64,000 nt of DNA from a virus (IMGVR_UViG_3300042892_003674), one strand, 5' to 3'; counted from the stretch's first letter, positions 20,346 through 30,817 are shown. A program made the numbers and translations. The notes: generated from the letters alone by a model not told the origin.

Positions 20346-22436
20346 TGTTTTCTTTCTCTTTTTCAAGTTGACTGTTGTTACATCATTTTCAGAATCATAG
20401 TCAAGTAATAAAATACTACCTTCTTTTGGTTCACTTTCAATGATGAATTCAGTTACCGCATCATCGATACTTCTTTGAATAGCTCTTTTCAAAGGTCGAG
20501 CACCAAATTGTGGATCATAACCAATCTCAACTAAATGTTCTTTTAATACATCAGATACTTCTAAAGTAAATCCAATCTCTAAACCTCTAGCTAAAGTTTT
20601 TCTTAATTCTAAGTCAACAATTTTCATTATTTCCTCTTTACCTAAATCTCTAAAGTAAATGATTTCATCTAATCTATTGATAAATTCAGGTGCGAATTTT
20701 TTCTTTAACTCTTTTTCTAAGATACCTTTTATATCATCCTCTTTCTTGTCATTTTTGGTTTTGGTAGAGAATCCAACACCAGCACCAAACTCTTTAACAA
20801 CTTTAGTACCAACATTTGAAGTCATTAAGATTACACAGTTTTTAAAGCTAACTTTTCTACCGTGAGAATCTGTAATATGTCCTTCATCTAACATCTGTAA
20901 GAAAAGATTGAATATATCTGGATGAGCTTTCTCAATCTCATCAAGAAGAATTACTGAATAAGGTTTTCTTCTAATCTTGTCTAATACATTCGCATCATCA
21001 TATCCAACATATCCAGGAGCAGCTCCTTGAATTCTTGTTAAAGAGATTTTATCCATGTATTCAGACATATCTAATCTGATTAAAGAATCTTCTGACTCAA
21101 ATAAGTACTTAGATAATTGTTTCGCCAATTCTGTTTTACCAACACCAGAGTTACCAATTAAGATACCACTAAAGATTGGTTTGTTTGGATCTTTCATACC
21201 AACTCTTCCTCTTTGAATAGATTTAATGATTTTCTTAACGGCATCATCTTGTCCAACAACTTTACCAGCAATGTTTTCATACATCTTAGAAAGTTTTTTA
21301 TTTTCACTTTGGTTTACTTTTTGAACTGGGATACCAGTAATCATAGCTACAACCTCAGCAACATTTTCTTCACCAACTGATTGTCTGTTCTTCAAAGTTT
21401 CTTCCTCCCATCTTTCTTTGGCTACTTGTAATTGAGTATTTAATTGTTTTTCAACATCTCTCAATTTGGCCGCTTCCTCATACTTCTGACGTTTAATCAC
21501 ATCATTCTTCTTTTCTTTGATATCCACAATTTTTTGCTCTACGTCAGTAATTTCTTTTGGTACAACAATATTTGAAATGTGAACTCTTGCACCCGCTTCA
21601 TCTAAAGCATCAATGGCTTTATCTGGTAAGTGTCTATCAGACATATATCTAACAGTCAGGTCAACACATGCTTTGATGGCTTCATCAGTATAAGTTACGT
21701 TGTGGTGAGACTCATACTTATCTTTTATGTTTGTTAAGATTTGTATAGTTTCTTCTGCACTAGCAGGTTCAACAACAACTTTTTGGAAACGTCTTTCTAA
21801 AGCAGCGTCTTTTTCAATATGTTTTCTATACTCATCAAGTGTTGTTGCACCAATGATTTGTATCTCACCTCTTGCCAAAGCAGGTTTAAACATATTAGAA
21901 GCATCCATAGAACCACTTGAGCCACCTGCACCAATCATAGTATGAATTTCATCAATGAAAAGAATAATAGATTTATCATCTTCAACTTCTGCCATAAGTG
22001 CTTTGATTCTTTCTTCAAATTGACCACGATATTTAGTACCCGCAACCATAGAAGCTAAGTCTAACATGACAACTCTTTTATCAAAAAGAATTCTACTAAC
22101 TTTACGTTGTGAAATTCTAAGTGCTAGTCCTTCTGCTATAGAAGATTTACCAACTCCCGCTTCACCAAGTAACATAGGGTTATTTTTCTTTCTTCTTGAA
22201 AGAATTTGAGAAACTCTTTCGATTTCTTTATCTCTTCCAACAATTGGGTCTAGCTTACCTTCTTCTGCGTATTTAGTTAAATCACGACTATAAGTATCTA
22301 ATACCGGAGTTTTAGATTTAGTATCGGATTTTTTACCATTACCACCTCCGAATTTATTGTAGTCGTCATCGTCGTCATCTTCTAAAGAAGCTTTAACGTC
22401 AAGTGTTTTCGTAAGTAAGTGTTTGTTTATCTCCAT
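20331..22436 (-). CDS. clpC: ClpC-like AAA+ unfoldase lacking the N-terminal Clp-repeat domain
   Basis: Two Walker A motifs ([16 protein letters not shown]), FIDEIH, UVR M-domain [20 protein letters not shown]. Confidence 0.9.
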   Translation of the reverse strand: MEINKHLLTKTLDVKASLEDDDDDDYNKFGGGNGKKSDTKSKTPVLDTYSRDLTKYAEEGKLDPIVGRDKEIERVSQILSRRKKNNPMLLGEAGVGKSSIAEGLALRISQRKVSRILFDKRVVMLDLASMVAGTKYRGQFEERIKALMAEVEDDKSIILFIDEIHTMIGAGGSSGSMDASNMFKPALARGEIQIIGATTLDEYRKHIEKDAALERRFQKVVVEPASAEETIQILTNIKDKYESHHNVTYTDEAIKACVDLTVRYMSDRHLPDKAIDALDEAGARVHISNIVVPKEITDVEQKIVDIKEKKNDVIKRQKYEEAAKLRDVEKQLNTQLQVAKERWEEETLKNRQSVGEENVAEVVAMITGIPVQKVNQSENKKLSKMYENIAGKVVGQDDAVKKIIKSIQRGRVGMKDPNKPIFSGILIGNSGVGKTELAKQLSKYLFESEDSLIRLDMSEYMDKISLTRIQGAAPGYVGYDDANVLDKIRRKPYSVILLDEIEKAHPDIFNLFLQMLDEGHITDSHGRKVSFKNCVILMTSNVGTKVVKEFGAGVGFSTKTKNDKKEDDIKGILEKELKKKFAPEFINRLDEIIYFRDLGKEEIMKIVDLELRKTLARGLEIGFTLEVSDVLKEHLVEIGYDPQFGARPLKRAIQRSIDDAVTEFIIESEPKEGSILLLDYDSENDVTTVNLKKRKKTKKEE

Positions 22437-22491
22437 ATTTTATTTAATAAGATTTATAATAAGTTTTATATTCGGTAAATGATTAAAGTTT

Positions 22492-22812
22492 TTACTTTTC
22501 CTTTAAAATTTGTTCAATAATTGAGTCTCTTCTTTCAGATACATCAGTATCAATATGTTCACAGTAAATGTTTAAATTTAGTTTTGAATTAAAAACTATA
22601 TCAATAGTTTTTATACGACATCCCTTTGCAATATATTTAGTGTGTTCGATTGTGAAGTTTTTGACCTTCTCATATTTATCTATGAAAAAGTCGTAGTAGT
22701 GTTTATTATTCTTGATGTCTAAATCCAGATAGATAGTTGCATGTTTTGAAATAGAAAGTTGTACACTTATATCTTCGACATGAAATATCTCATCGTCAAT
22801 TTTTACCCACAT
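22492..22812 (-). CDS. hypothetical protein with C-terminal RDxxIxxIL motif
   Basis: Ends ERRDSIIEQILKEK. Confidence 0.7.
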   Translation of the reverse strand: MWVKIDDEIFHVEDISVQLSISKHATIYLDLDIKNNKHYYDFFIDKYEKVKNFTIEHTKYIAKGCRIKTIDIVFNSKLNLNIYCEHIDTDVSERRDSIIEQILKEK

Positions 22813-22856
22813 AAAAAAAGTAATTTTTATGTTATACAGAAATAGGTATAATTTGT

Positions 22857-23339
22857 TTAGTTACTTTGTATATTAAAATTAAGATCTGGTATTATGATGT
22901 TAAGATCCTCACACCTTTTTATAAAGTCTTCAACAACTGTAAATGTTGAACGGATATCATCAAATTTATGTTCTTTAACATCCCATTTAGACTTATCCTC
23001 ACTCTTTAATTTTCTAAAGATTGTAATTACATTATATTGTTGTTTGTAGAAAGCAAACGTAATAGAGGCATAGTAGTCGTCTCCGTTTACATGTTTTAAT
23101 GATGTTGCAAAAAGAAGATGTATCTTTTGTTCACCTTTTTCAACCACTTTATAATTTAAGTGATTAAGTACTGGGAATTGATATCTCATTACATCTAAAA
23201 ATCTAATATCTTCACCAGAGTCATAGTTTTTAAACTTACTTATTACTTCTGGCATTTCTCCTTTTAAATAAGGTATCTCATATTGAGATTTAAAATCCTC
23301 ATCATCGAAGAATTCTACTAATCTTTTAATTTTTTTCAT
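22857..23339 (-). CDS. hypothetical protein
   Basis: 160 aa; N-term MKKIKRLVEFF. Confidence 0.7.
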   Translation of the reverse strand: MKKIKRLVEFFDDEDFKSQYEIPYLKGEMPEVISKFKNYDSGEDIRFLDVMRYQFPVLNHLNYKVVEKGEQKIHLLFATSLKHVNGDDYYASITFAFYKQQYNVITIFRKLKSEDKSKWDVKEHKFDDIRSTFTVVEDFIKRCEDLNIIIPDLNFNIQSN

Positions 23340-24177
23340 CTAAATAGTTTAATAAATTTTCTATAAGAACATCAGCTCTTTCTTTAAATTCTTTTTGTTT
23401 ATCAAAGGTTTTATTTGCAGTATAATAATCAACACCTTTATTTACGTGAAAAGCTTGTACTAGATTATCCGGTACAAATACACCAGAGTATTTCATCTGC
23501 ATGATATACGGTAGTACTGCTGATTTAGGATCAATTGAAAAAGGATCTGATATTACATCATATGATTCAGGTAAGTTATTTTTTGTATAATCTTTTGCAC
23601 CATCATCACCGTGTACATAAAATGCCGCAATCTTACCGTCTAAATGATTTCTTAACATATTTTCATGCTTACCAGACTTAGAAAGTTTACCGGTAAATTC
23701 TGAATTTTTGATGTTTTTTGGACCCATTAGATTTTTTGCATCATCAACTGCAAGTGTTTGGTTAACACAAACTAATCTATCGAAAAAAGATTTTACTTGT
23801 GACGTTAAAGAAAACCAATGAATAGGAGATATAATAATAAAAGCATCACACTCTTGTAGTAATTGATATATATCTAGGTCGTGCATTAAATCGGGTTTCT
23901 TTTTATCACCTTTGAAGTAACAAGAACAAGGAAAATGACAGTGATATCCACCTGCAGTTGATACACAACCTTTACAAGGTTGTATAATTGGTTGTTTTGA
24001 TTGATTGACAGCCAAATCAATTGTATGAAAATCGATAAATGGTAACCATTTATCTTTGATATAATCAACTATATCATGACTTTTAGAACTCATATTAGGA
24101 CAAGTGTCTTTATCCCTTGGTGAGCCTTGTATTATTAATATTTTTGGTTTATTATCACCTAGTTTTCTTATCTGCAT
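23326..24177 (-). CDS. NADPH-dependent FMN reductase / iron-sulfur flavoprotein family
   Basis: IQGSPR, PCKGC...C..PC.C, ECDAFIIISPIHW, KSFFDRL. Confidence 0.8.
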   Translation of the reverse strand: MQIRKLGDNKPKILIIQGSPRDKDTCPNMSSKSHDIVDYIKDKWLPFIDFHTIDLAVNQSKQPIIQPCKGCVSTAGGYHCHFPCSCYFKGDKKKPDLMHDLDIYQLLQECDAFIIISPIHWFSLTSQVKSFFDRLVCVNQTLAVDDAKNLMGPKNIKNSEFTGKLSKSGKHENMLRNHLDGKIAAFYVHGDDGAKDYTKNNLPESYDVISDPFSIDPKSAVLPYIMQMKYSGVFVPDNLVQAFHVNKGVDYYTANKTFDKQKEFKERADVLIENLLNYLDEKN

Positions 24178-24220
24178 ACACTATATATAAAAAAACCCAG
24201 ATTAAAATCTGGGTTTTTTA

Positions 24221-24580
24221 TTATAATGTATTTTTTAATAATGTTTCTACTTTAAGGAAATCTTCTTTATCAAGATCTACTAACTCACCATCGATAAAAA
24301 CTTCGTTGATAGTAACATCAATATCAGTAAGTTCTACATCACAAGAGCCTGGTGTCCAATAGTCACCACTTTCCTCTTCGATAGTTCCTTCAACATAAAC
24401 CTCATAGTTTACGATAACATCTTTCCCATCTACATCAAATGACATAGATTGATCTTTTTGTGTAAAAGAACCTTCGTTCTCGTAGATCATATCTACAAGA
24501 CTTTCTGTATTTAAGAAATCACCATCAATAAATTTTAAGTTGTCAAAGTTTGTCATATCTGTTTCTTTATTAGAGTACAA
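24221..24580 (-). CDS. hypothetical acidic protein
   Basis: 119 aa; upstream TAtaTTTG box, downstream terminator 24188-24220. Confidence 0.7.
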   Translation of the reverse strand: MYSNKETDMTNFDNLKFIDGDFLNTESLVDMIYENEGSFTQKDQSMSFDVDGKDVIVNYEVYVEGTIEEESGDYWTPGSCDVELTDIDVTINEVFIDGELVDLDKEDFLKVETLLKNTL

Positions 24581-24614
24581 ATATACGGTGATTATATCAG
24601 AAATACAAAAATTA

Positions 24615-25064
24615 CTATGTTAATTTTTTAATTTCTGAGAAAATACTTTTTCTTGGTTGTCTTTGTTTTACATCGTTCTGTGTTGATACTTTCGTATAAT
24701 CTACAATGTTTTTTGGTCGTCTATCTTCCTCAACTATCTTTACTGTTTCTTTTGTTTCTTTAAAGTTACCTGCGAGTGTATCATAGATACTCTGCCATTT
24801 GGACTTATTTATACCTGCCTTATCAAGGTAAGCATAAATTGACTCTTTAGGTATCTCACTAAATTTCTTCCCTGATGCAACAACTGCATCTACTAAAATG
24901 TTTATTATATCCATATTTTTGTTTTTTTCCTCTTTCTTTTTTACCCATCCTTTAGGATATTTAATACCTTTTGGACCGGTAATTCCTTTTGGACCTGGTG
25001 AACCATTAGCACGACTAATGTCATATAATTCCTTCATACGTTCCAAACTTTTAATTGATGCCAT
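24615..25064 (-). CDS. hypothetical protein
   Basis: 149 aa ORF. Confidence 0.65.
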   Translation of the reverse strand: MASIKSLERMKELYDISRANGSPGPKGITGPKGIKYPKGWVKKKEEKNKNMDIINILVDAVVASGKKFSEIPKESIYAYLDKAGINKSKWQSIYDTLAGNFKETKETVKIVEEDRRPKNIVDYTKVSTQNDVKQRQPRKSIFSEIKKLT

Positions 25065-25540
25065 TATATCTTTATTATTTTATCGAAACCTTCATCTTCA
25101 GTTGGTAAAACAAAAGACTCCATCATTGATTTAATTACAAATGGTGGTATGAATTTATTTTCGTTCACTAATCTAAAATCATTTCTTCTTTTGTATTCTT
25201 CTGAATCTAAGATTGGTAACACAACAGATACTTTGTAATAATCATTAGAGAAGTAAGAAAGGTTTTTAACTCTTACTTTTCTTGATAAGTTAGTCATGTC
25301 GATGATAACATCTACTTTTTGAGTAGCTGCATCAGTTATTCTTTTAGCCAACAATTTATCAACTGCTTTTTGATCAACAGTTTTAAAAGCTAAGTTATAA
25401 TCTCTTGTACCTGCAACTTCCATAACGATTTCGTCTCTGGATATAGCAAGAACATCTGGGTAGTTTTCTCTTACCCAAGTAGATTTACCAGACATTGGTA
25501 TCCCTGATAATATTATAACGAATGGTGATTTTGTTTTCAT
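25064..25540 (-). CDS. P-loop kinase (AAA_33 / polynucleotide-kinase-like)
   Basis: LSGIPMSGKSTW, ISRDEI, VIIDMTN...R. Confidence 0.8.
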   Translation of the reverse strand: MKTKSPFVIILSGIPMSGKSTWVRENYPDVLAISRDEIVMEVAGTRDYNLAFKTVDQKAVDKLLAKRITDAATQKVDVIIDMTNLSRKVRVKNLSYFSNDYYKVSVVLPILDSEEYKRRNDFRLVNENKFIPPFVIKSMMESFVLPTEDEGFDKIIKI

Positions 25541-25611
25541 AATTACAAATGTACAAATAAAATTCGACTTGACAAATTTTATATATAAGAAATAAATAAA
25601 GTTTTAATAAT

Positions 25612-27516
25612 ATGATAAGTAAGTATAATGATTTCATTCTTGAAAAATTGCTAAATGAGTCTGTAATATTTTATGCACCACCATTTAGAAAAGTGTTAAA
25701 TAAACTATCTAGCGAACCTATTGCTAAAATACTATTAGATACAGAAAGAACTGATATAAAGCCAGATATAACATTTGTAAATTTAGACAAAGATGGTTAT
25801 GTTTCATTTACAACAATGAAGAATACAAAAAAGATTCTAATGGATAGATTTTCTGATGTTTTTGATGAAGAAGGTTTAGAAAACACATTAAACAATGATC
25901 CACTTATTGGTGATGATATATGGAACCTACATAGTGGTGCAGATAGTATTAGAAGTGAATCTCCATTAAGATATAGAGGTGCACTAAATGATGCAGACCC
26001 ATATGAAAAAGCTAGAAATCCTCTTAAACTAGGTCGTTTTATAAATAATATATTCCCAGGTAAATTTACTGCAAGAGAAGTAGAAGAGTTCGTAAATAAG
26101 TTCAAATCTACATTAGAACAAAGTGGTGAGAAGTTTATTGAAGTATCTGGTGATGAAATCGCAGAATGGTATGACTATAATAATTATAAAATTATGAATG
26201 GTTCATTGGGTAGTTCTTGTATGGCAAGAGCAGAAAAAAGAACATTTGAAATTTATACTTCTAATCCAGAGGTATGTAGAATGTTAGTTTTATTAGAAGA
26301 TGATAAACTAATCGGAAGATCACTTATTTGGAAAGTAGTTGATGATACTGATACAGTTTCTAAAGAGGATCACTTAGATTTTGAATATTTTTTAGACAGA
26401 CAATACACCATAAAAGATTCTGATGTAGAAAAGTTTAGAGCTTATGCAGTTGAAAGAGGTTGGGCTTATAAAACACATAATAATCATCATAGTTTAGAGA
26501 CAGTAACATTCAAAGATACTAATTATAAACTAGAGATGCAAGTACAACTTAATATAAAGAAATTTAATAGATTCCCTTATGTTGATACATTTAGAAGATA
26601 TGATCCAAGAACTGGAATACTTTACAATGATAATGATAATGAAGATACGAAAAATATTGGATGTTATATTTTAGATAGTACATCAGGTGGTTATAGTGAA
26701 ATAAATGACACTGTTTATTCTGATTGGCATGATTGTGATATTGAGAGAGATGATGCAATTTATTCTGAAAGATTAGGAGATTGGATATACAGAGAGGATT
26801 CTGTTACTGTTACAAGAGGATCTCGTGCTGGTGTTTATCCAGATGGATATGACGATCTTTCTTGGTCGGAATGGGATGATCAATACTATCATAGTGATAA
26901 CGCCGTTTGGTGTGATGATTACCAAGATTATATCTATGAAGAAGATGCTGTTGATACAGTAACGAGTGTAGATGATGATGGTACTATTTCAGGTGGATGG
27001 GGTGACCAATACTATCATAAAGATGATAAAGATACTATTATATCAATGGATAAAGTAAAAGATAAAGAATGGTATAAAAAACTAAAAACTGAAGATCGTG
27101 ATTGGAGGGATAAAGAAGCTATTAAATTAGAACTTGTTACATTAGATTACAAAAATGAATATGTATTAAACATCTTCAAAATAGAAACTTATCTACTAAA
27201 AACTGATCAAGAAAAAGAATACTTCTATCTAACGGAAGAAGATGCAGAATTACTTGGATATGAAATTGATAAAGTAAGTGACGATGATGATAATCTTGAT
27301 AAATATAGAAGAATAACTGATTGGTTTGATTACTATACAGATATAGAAACTTATAAAGATAAACCTACTTTATTTAGAGACAAACCAATTATAACAGTTG
27401 AAGAATTGAAAAATAAAATAGATGGAATCATAGACTCGGAAAAAGAAGATAATGAAAAATTAGATCCACACTATTGGACACAAAGATTAGAATTTCTTGA
27501 AAAATGGTTTGAATAA
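25612..27516 (+). CDS. uncharacterised phage protein (SCM/GRxLxW/DRxY family), paralog of 51508-52737
   Basis: GSLGSSCM, GRSLIW, LDRQY, FPYVDT; acidic repeat-rich C-half. Confidence 0.75.
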   Translation: MISKYNDFILEKLLNESVIFYAPPFRKVLNKLSSEPIAKILLDTERTDIKPDITFVNLDKDGYVSFTTMKNTKKILMDRFSDVFDEEGLENTLNNDPLIGDDIWNLHSGADSIRSESPLRYRGALNDADPYEKARNPLKLGRFINNIFPGKFTAREVEEFVNKFKSTLEQSGEKFIEVSGDEIAEWYDYNNYKIMNGSLGSSCMARAEKRTFEIYTSNPEVCRMLVLLEDDKLIGRSLIWKVVDDTDTVSKEDHLDFEYFLDRQYTIKDSDVEKFRAYAVERGWAYKTHNNHHSLETVTFKDTNYKLEMQVQLNIKKFNRFPYVDTFRRYDPRTGILYNDNDNEDTKNIGCYILDSTSGGYSEINDTVYSDWHDCDIERDDAIYSERLGDWIYREDSVTVTRGSRAGVYPDGYDDLSWSEWDDQYYHSDNAVWCDDYQDYIYEEDAVDTVTSVDDDGTISGGWGDQYYHKDDKDTIISMDKVKDKEWYKKLKTEDRDWRDKEAIKLELVTLDYKNEYVLNIFKIETYLLKTDQEKEYFYLTEEDAELLGYEIDKVSDDDDNLDKYRRITDWFDYYTDIETYKDKPTLFRDKPIITVEELKNKIDGIIDSEKEDNEKLDPHYWTQRLEFLEKWFE

Positions 27517-27517
27517 A

Positions 27518-27548
27518 ATAAAAAAGACTCCAATTGGAGTCTTTTTCT
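27518..27548. terminator. bidirectional terminator
   Basis: AAAAAGACTCC-AATT-GGAGTCTTTTT between convergent genes. Confidence 0.85.
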
Positions 27549-28269
27549 ATTTAAAGGCTTTTAAAACTTTAACTTTATGTCCTGCGGTTGTGTGAACTCT
27601 ATGATAACCATCAATTAGTCGGTATTTACCATTAGTAAATGTAACTAATCCTCTAATTCCTTTATAGTTTTTATCACTATAGAATTCTAAATCTTTTTTC
27701 TTTACTTTACTATGGTGTTCAATAGAACCAAAGTTTATTTCGCTTTTATCAAGTTCAACTATTTCATATTGACAATTTTCTAACTCTGGTAATAAACTAC
27801 CATATTCTAAATCTAATAAATATTCTACACGTCCGGATAAGTTCTCAATAGAGAATGCTATTTCTAATTCTGTTTCTATTTTATCAGAAATGTTTTTAAT
27901 AATAAATGTTCCTTCAATTTCTTGTCCATAATATCCACCACATACTTCAATATCAAAGTTATATGGTTCCCATATTTTATATTTTCTTAAAATCCTATCA
28001 ATAGTATAGCGATTTATATCTTCTCCTATACCATAAAGTAATTGATTTAATCGATCTTCTCTTTTACCTAAAATGGTACTACTATCAAATAGTTCATCAT
28101 AAATTAGATTTACCATTTGAGAAATATTCACATCAGTAACCACTGCATCATAAATAGTACCGCAACGACAAATTCCTTCATCATTACAGCCATTATTTTC
28201 ACAATCGTATTCTGTGTGATAATCTATATCGACACAACGATAGTGTAAATCTATTTTATCTAGGTTCAT
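27547..28269 (-). CDS. hypothetical protein with C-terminal ParB-like motif
   Basis: YRLIDGYHR near C-terminus. Confidence 0.55.
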   Translation of the reverse strand: MNLDKIDLHYRCVDIDYHTEYDCENNGCNDEGICRCGTIYDAVVTDVNISQMVNLIYDELFDSSTILGKREDRLNQLLYGIGEDINRYTIDRILRKYKIWEPYNFDIEVCGGYYGQEIEGTFIIKNISDKIETELEIAFSIENLSGRVEYLLDLEYGSLLPELENCQYEIVELDKSEINFGSIEHHSKVKKKDLEFYSDKNYKGIRGLVTFTNGKYRLIDGYHRVHTTAGHKVKVLKAFK

Positions 28270-28579
28270 TTTTCTTTAATTTTTGACTTGGTTTAATATT
28301 TATATGGTAGTTACACCAAGCATCATTTTCGTTTAGTTTTTGTTTAATGTAAACTTCTTCTTTGCATAAAGCGTTATAAATCTGTAAACGTGTTTTAGGA
28401 CTTACTGCATACCAACTAATTGGCATTATCTCCTCACATTCATAAGGATCTAGTTTAATTCTATCTATGACAGATTTTCTATCATAGATAGGTTTATCAA
28501 GCCATATAAATCCGATATGATCTATGGCTTTTACTTTATCTCTAATTTTAATAATTAGATGTGTATCTAAAAATGTCAT
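28256..28579 (-). CDS. hypothetical protein
   Basis: 107 aa, translationally coupled. Confidence 0.65.
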   Translation of the reverse strand: MTFLDTHLIIKIRDKVKAIDHIGFIWLDKPIYDRKSVIDRIKLDPYECEEIMPISWYAVSPKTRLQIYNALCKEEVYIKQKLNENDAWCNYHINIKPSQKLKKNEPR

Positions 28580-28989
28580 ACTGGTTTGTTGTTTACGATA
28601 CCATTGTGATAGTATCTAAAGTTAGTAATATCTTTACCTTCTACTTTGTCTAAGTAGTTTAATACCGCTCCTATTATATTTCTTTTTCCAGAAGTGTTGT
28701 CTGTATGAGCATACCAATCTGGAAAATTTTTGTTATTATCTAAACAGTAATCAATTAAATAATCTACTGCTGACTTACCTGTGTATTCAACCCCATCTTT
28801 ATAACAAGCCAAATCGTGGTCAAAAGAAATCAAATCAATTATATCAAAGTTCTTATCTACTAGGTCGATAAATTCAAAATAATCTCTAACAATTACCCAT
28901 TTATTTTTATCAGAATAGTCCACACCAAGACCTTTGTCTACATTGTGAGACATTGATGGAATTCGGATATCATCTAAAAATACTATCAT
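28576..28989 (-). CDS. cyclic-phosphate-processing receiver domain protein
   Basis: VFLDDIR...ISFDHDL...G...HT.N. Confidence 0.7.
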   Translation of the reverse strand: MIVFLDDIRIPSMSHNVDKGLGVDYSDKNKWVIVRDYFEFIDLVDKNFDIIDLISFDHDLACYKDGVEYTGKSAVDYLIDYCLDNNKNFPDWYAHTDNTSGKRNIIGAVLNYLDKVEGKDITNFRYYHNGIVNNKPV

Positions 28990-29441
28990 ACTGAGTAATG
29001 TTTTAAAAAGTCTTTCTCGACTTGTTTTAATGAGTTCATTCCGACATCAGTTATTCTATCGAGAACGATGTCTATTTCTAAGTTATTATAAATCCAATGT
29101 TCTAAATCGTCTAAAAAGAAATCATACTTAAATAAATTCTTTTCATCTAATTTATCTTCTAATTCTAACTCTATATCTATCTTGTTATTTAGAATTTCTT
29201 GTGATAAATCTAAGTACTCGTGTTGAATTAAATTATTAGTAAGTATCTTACTATATTTTACTACTTCTACGGGTGTTGATATAACATAACAACAATAAAT
29301 ATTATCATCTTCATAATCAAAAAAACCTTCTGCGTCTAATTCAGAAATTTGTTCTTTCTCATAGTCCGATAGGTTATCATAGTCTTCATTTAGTTCTAAT
29401 GAGGATTTTGAATATCTTATCTTATATACACGATTCGCCAT
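28986..29441 (-). CDS. hypothetical protein
   Basis: 151 aa; TAtcTTTG box at 29460-29467. Confidence 0.7.
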   Translation of the reverse strand: MANRVYKIRYSKSSLELNEDYDNLSDYEKEQISELDAEGFFDYEDDNIYCCYVISTPVEVVKYSKILTNNLIQHEYLDLSQEILNNKIDIELELEDKLDEKNLFKYDFFLDDLEHWIYNNLEIDIVLDRITDVGMNSLKQVEKDFLKHYSV

Positions 29442-29478
29442 AATGTATATATTTAATTACAAAGATACGAAAAGTTAT

Positions 29479-29730
29479 TTATTTATCAAAGATAATTTCA
29501 TCATATCCTAATTCTTCTTTTAAACGTGAAATAATTTCTTCACTTGTTGATATAAAGTTGTATTGATTATCCATCAAGGTTTTATTATCTGAACCACATT
29601 GACATCCTTTTATGAATTTTTCTGTGACAAATATAAATCTTGCTAGTTCTTTATTATTCTCAAAGATTTCTTCTTTGTTTTTAAGAATTGTCCACAGTTG
29701 AGTTGCGGATTTTACTATTAGTGTTTTCAT
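29479..29730 (-). CDS. hypothetical protein
   Basis: 83 aa ORF. Confidence 0.6.
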   Translation of the reverse strand: MKTLIVKSATQLWTILKNKEEIFENNKELARFIFVTEKFIKGCQCGSDNKTLMDNQYNFISTSEEIISRLKEELGYDEIIFDK

Positions 29731-29773
29731 TGGTTAAACTTATTTTATGTTTCTATATATAATTAAAAAATAG

Positions 29774-29977
29774 TTGATTATTATGAGTAAAAGTTTTAGT
29801 GGTAGTATGATGTCAGATGCTAAGTCAGCGGCACCAGATTACAGATGGGAGAATGAAAGATATTTATTAAATATTATCAAAACTCAATTAGGAATTACAG
29901 ACGAGGATATGAATAACCCAAGTATTGTAAAAGCTAAAGTTAGAGAAGCTAATATCGATAAAATATTAGAAAACTAA
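29774..29977 (+). CDS. small protein with C-terminal RExxIxxIL motif
   Basis: Ends VREANIDKILEN; terminator follows at 29982-30010. Confidence 0.65.
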   Translation: MIIMSKSFSGSMMSDAKSAAPDYRWENERYLLNIIKTQLGITDEDMNNPSIVKAKVREANIDKILEN

Positions 29978-30012
29978 CAAATAAAACCTCTCATTTGAGA
30001 GGTTTTATTTTG

Positions 30013-30083
30013 TTATCCTACAGGGATTCGAACCCCGACTGTTTGGACCAAAACCAAATGTGCTACCGTTACACCATAGGATA
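30013..30083 (-). tRNA. tRNA-Gln(UUG)
   Basis: Cloverleaf; loop TT-TTG-GT. Confidence 0.85.
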
Positions 30084-30088
30084 ATATG

Positions 30089-30160
30089 TAGCGTTGGGGA
30101 ATTCCGAGATCCCGACCGTTCGGATATGAGCCGACTTCTCTGCCTCTGAGATACAACGCC
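30089..30160 (-). tRNA. tRNA-Met(CAU), atypical T-loop
   Basis: Loop CT-CAT-AT; T-loop CTCGGAA; Ile2 identity not excluded. Confidence 0.7.
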
Positions 30161-30167
30161 ATTTATT

Positions 30168-30241
30168 TGCAGTGAATATTGGACTCGAACCACACCTCCG
30201 ACGACTCCGGTCGGTACTCTAACCTTTTAAGCTATATCACT
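30168..30241 (-). pseudogene. degenerate tRNA (Asp-like body, scrambled loop CGGAGTC)
   Basis: D-arm and TTCGAG present; acceptor and T stems mismatched; G33 and T37. Confidence 0.55.
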
Positions 30242-30308
30242 TCTCCAACTTGTCTTTTACTAGATATTACACAAGTCAGGATTACACTTACCTTCCAGTA
30301 AGCTTTTG

Positions 30309-30437
30309 CGGTAGTGGCTGGACTCGAACCAGCAATGTGAAATCCTCTAGGCGACACTTATTCCTAAAACTATAAAGTTTCACAACCCTTATAATTTCGT
30401 CATCCGATTAATCTCTGACTTTAGTGCTAACACTACC
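30309..30437 (-). ncRNA. tRNA-like RNA: acceptor plus T-arm with about 95 nt structured insert
   Basis: GGTAGTG/CACTACC; GCTGG-TTCGAGT-CCAGC; internal TGTGAAA/TTTCACA stem. Confidence 0.65.
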
Positions 30438-30443
30438 AATTTG

Positions 30444-30512
30444 TACCGAGAAAGGGTATCGAACCCTTCTATAGACGGATATGAGCCATCCACGGTCGCC
30501 TGACCCCTCGGT
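30444..30512 (-). tRNA. tRNA-Met(CAU) with minimal D-loop
   Basis: Loop CT-CAT-AT; D-arm GGTC-AGGC-GACC. Confidence 0.65.
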
Positions 30513-30518
30513 ATGTTG

Positions 30519-30591
30519 CAGTTATAACGGGGATCGAACCCGCGACCTCTAGGGCGACAACCTAGCACTCTAACCTCTGAGCTATATAACT
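30519..30591 (-). tRNA. tRNA-Asp(GUC)
   Basis: Loop TT-GTC-GC. Confidence 0.9.
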
Positions 30592-30598
30592 ATTTTAG

Positions 30599-30672
30599 CG
30601 GGACCAACGGGATTCGAACCCGCACCGCGCACCGTGACAGGGTGGCATTGTAAACCATTCAACCATGGTCCC
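30599..30672 (-). tRNA. tRNA-Asp(GUC)
   Basis: Loop CT-GTC-AC; near-identical to 31222-31295. Confidence 0.9.
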
Positions 30673-30681
30673 ATATTTTTG

Positions 30682-30756
30682 TCGGGATAGCAGGATTCGA
30701 ACCTGCGACCTCTTGCTCCCAAAGCAAGCGCGATAACCGGACTACGCTATATCCCG
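30682..30756 (-). tRNA. tRNA-Pro(UGG)
   Basis: Loop TT-TGG-GA. Confidence 0.92.
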
Positions 30757-30817
30757 AAAAATCTAATTCTACGCTAACAGTATGTAGTTCTATGAATTAG
30801 TAACAGTCTCATCTGAG

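Noticed and set aside
24940-25010. Collagen-like GSPGPKGITGPKG repeat
   Set aside because: Only about 5 Gly-X-Y triplets, too short for a triple helix.
30395-30406. Hammerhead-like CGGATGA-CGAAA in the long tRNA-like RNA
   Set aside because: The core should be CUGANGA, and stem II is absent.
30309-30437. tmRNA
   Set aside because: Too short, no G3-U70, no tag reading frame.
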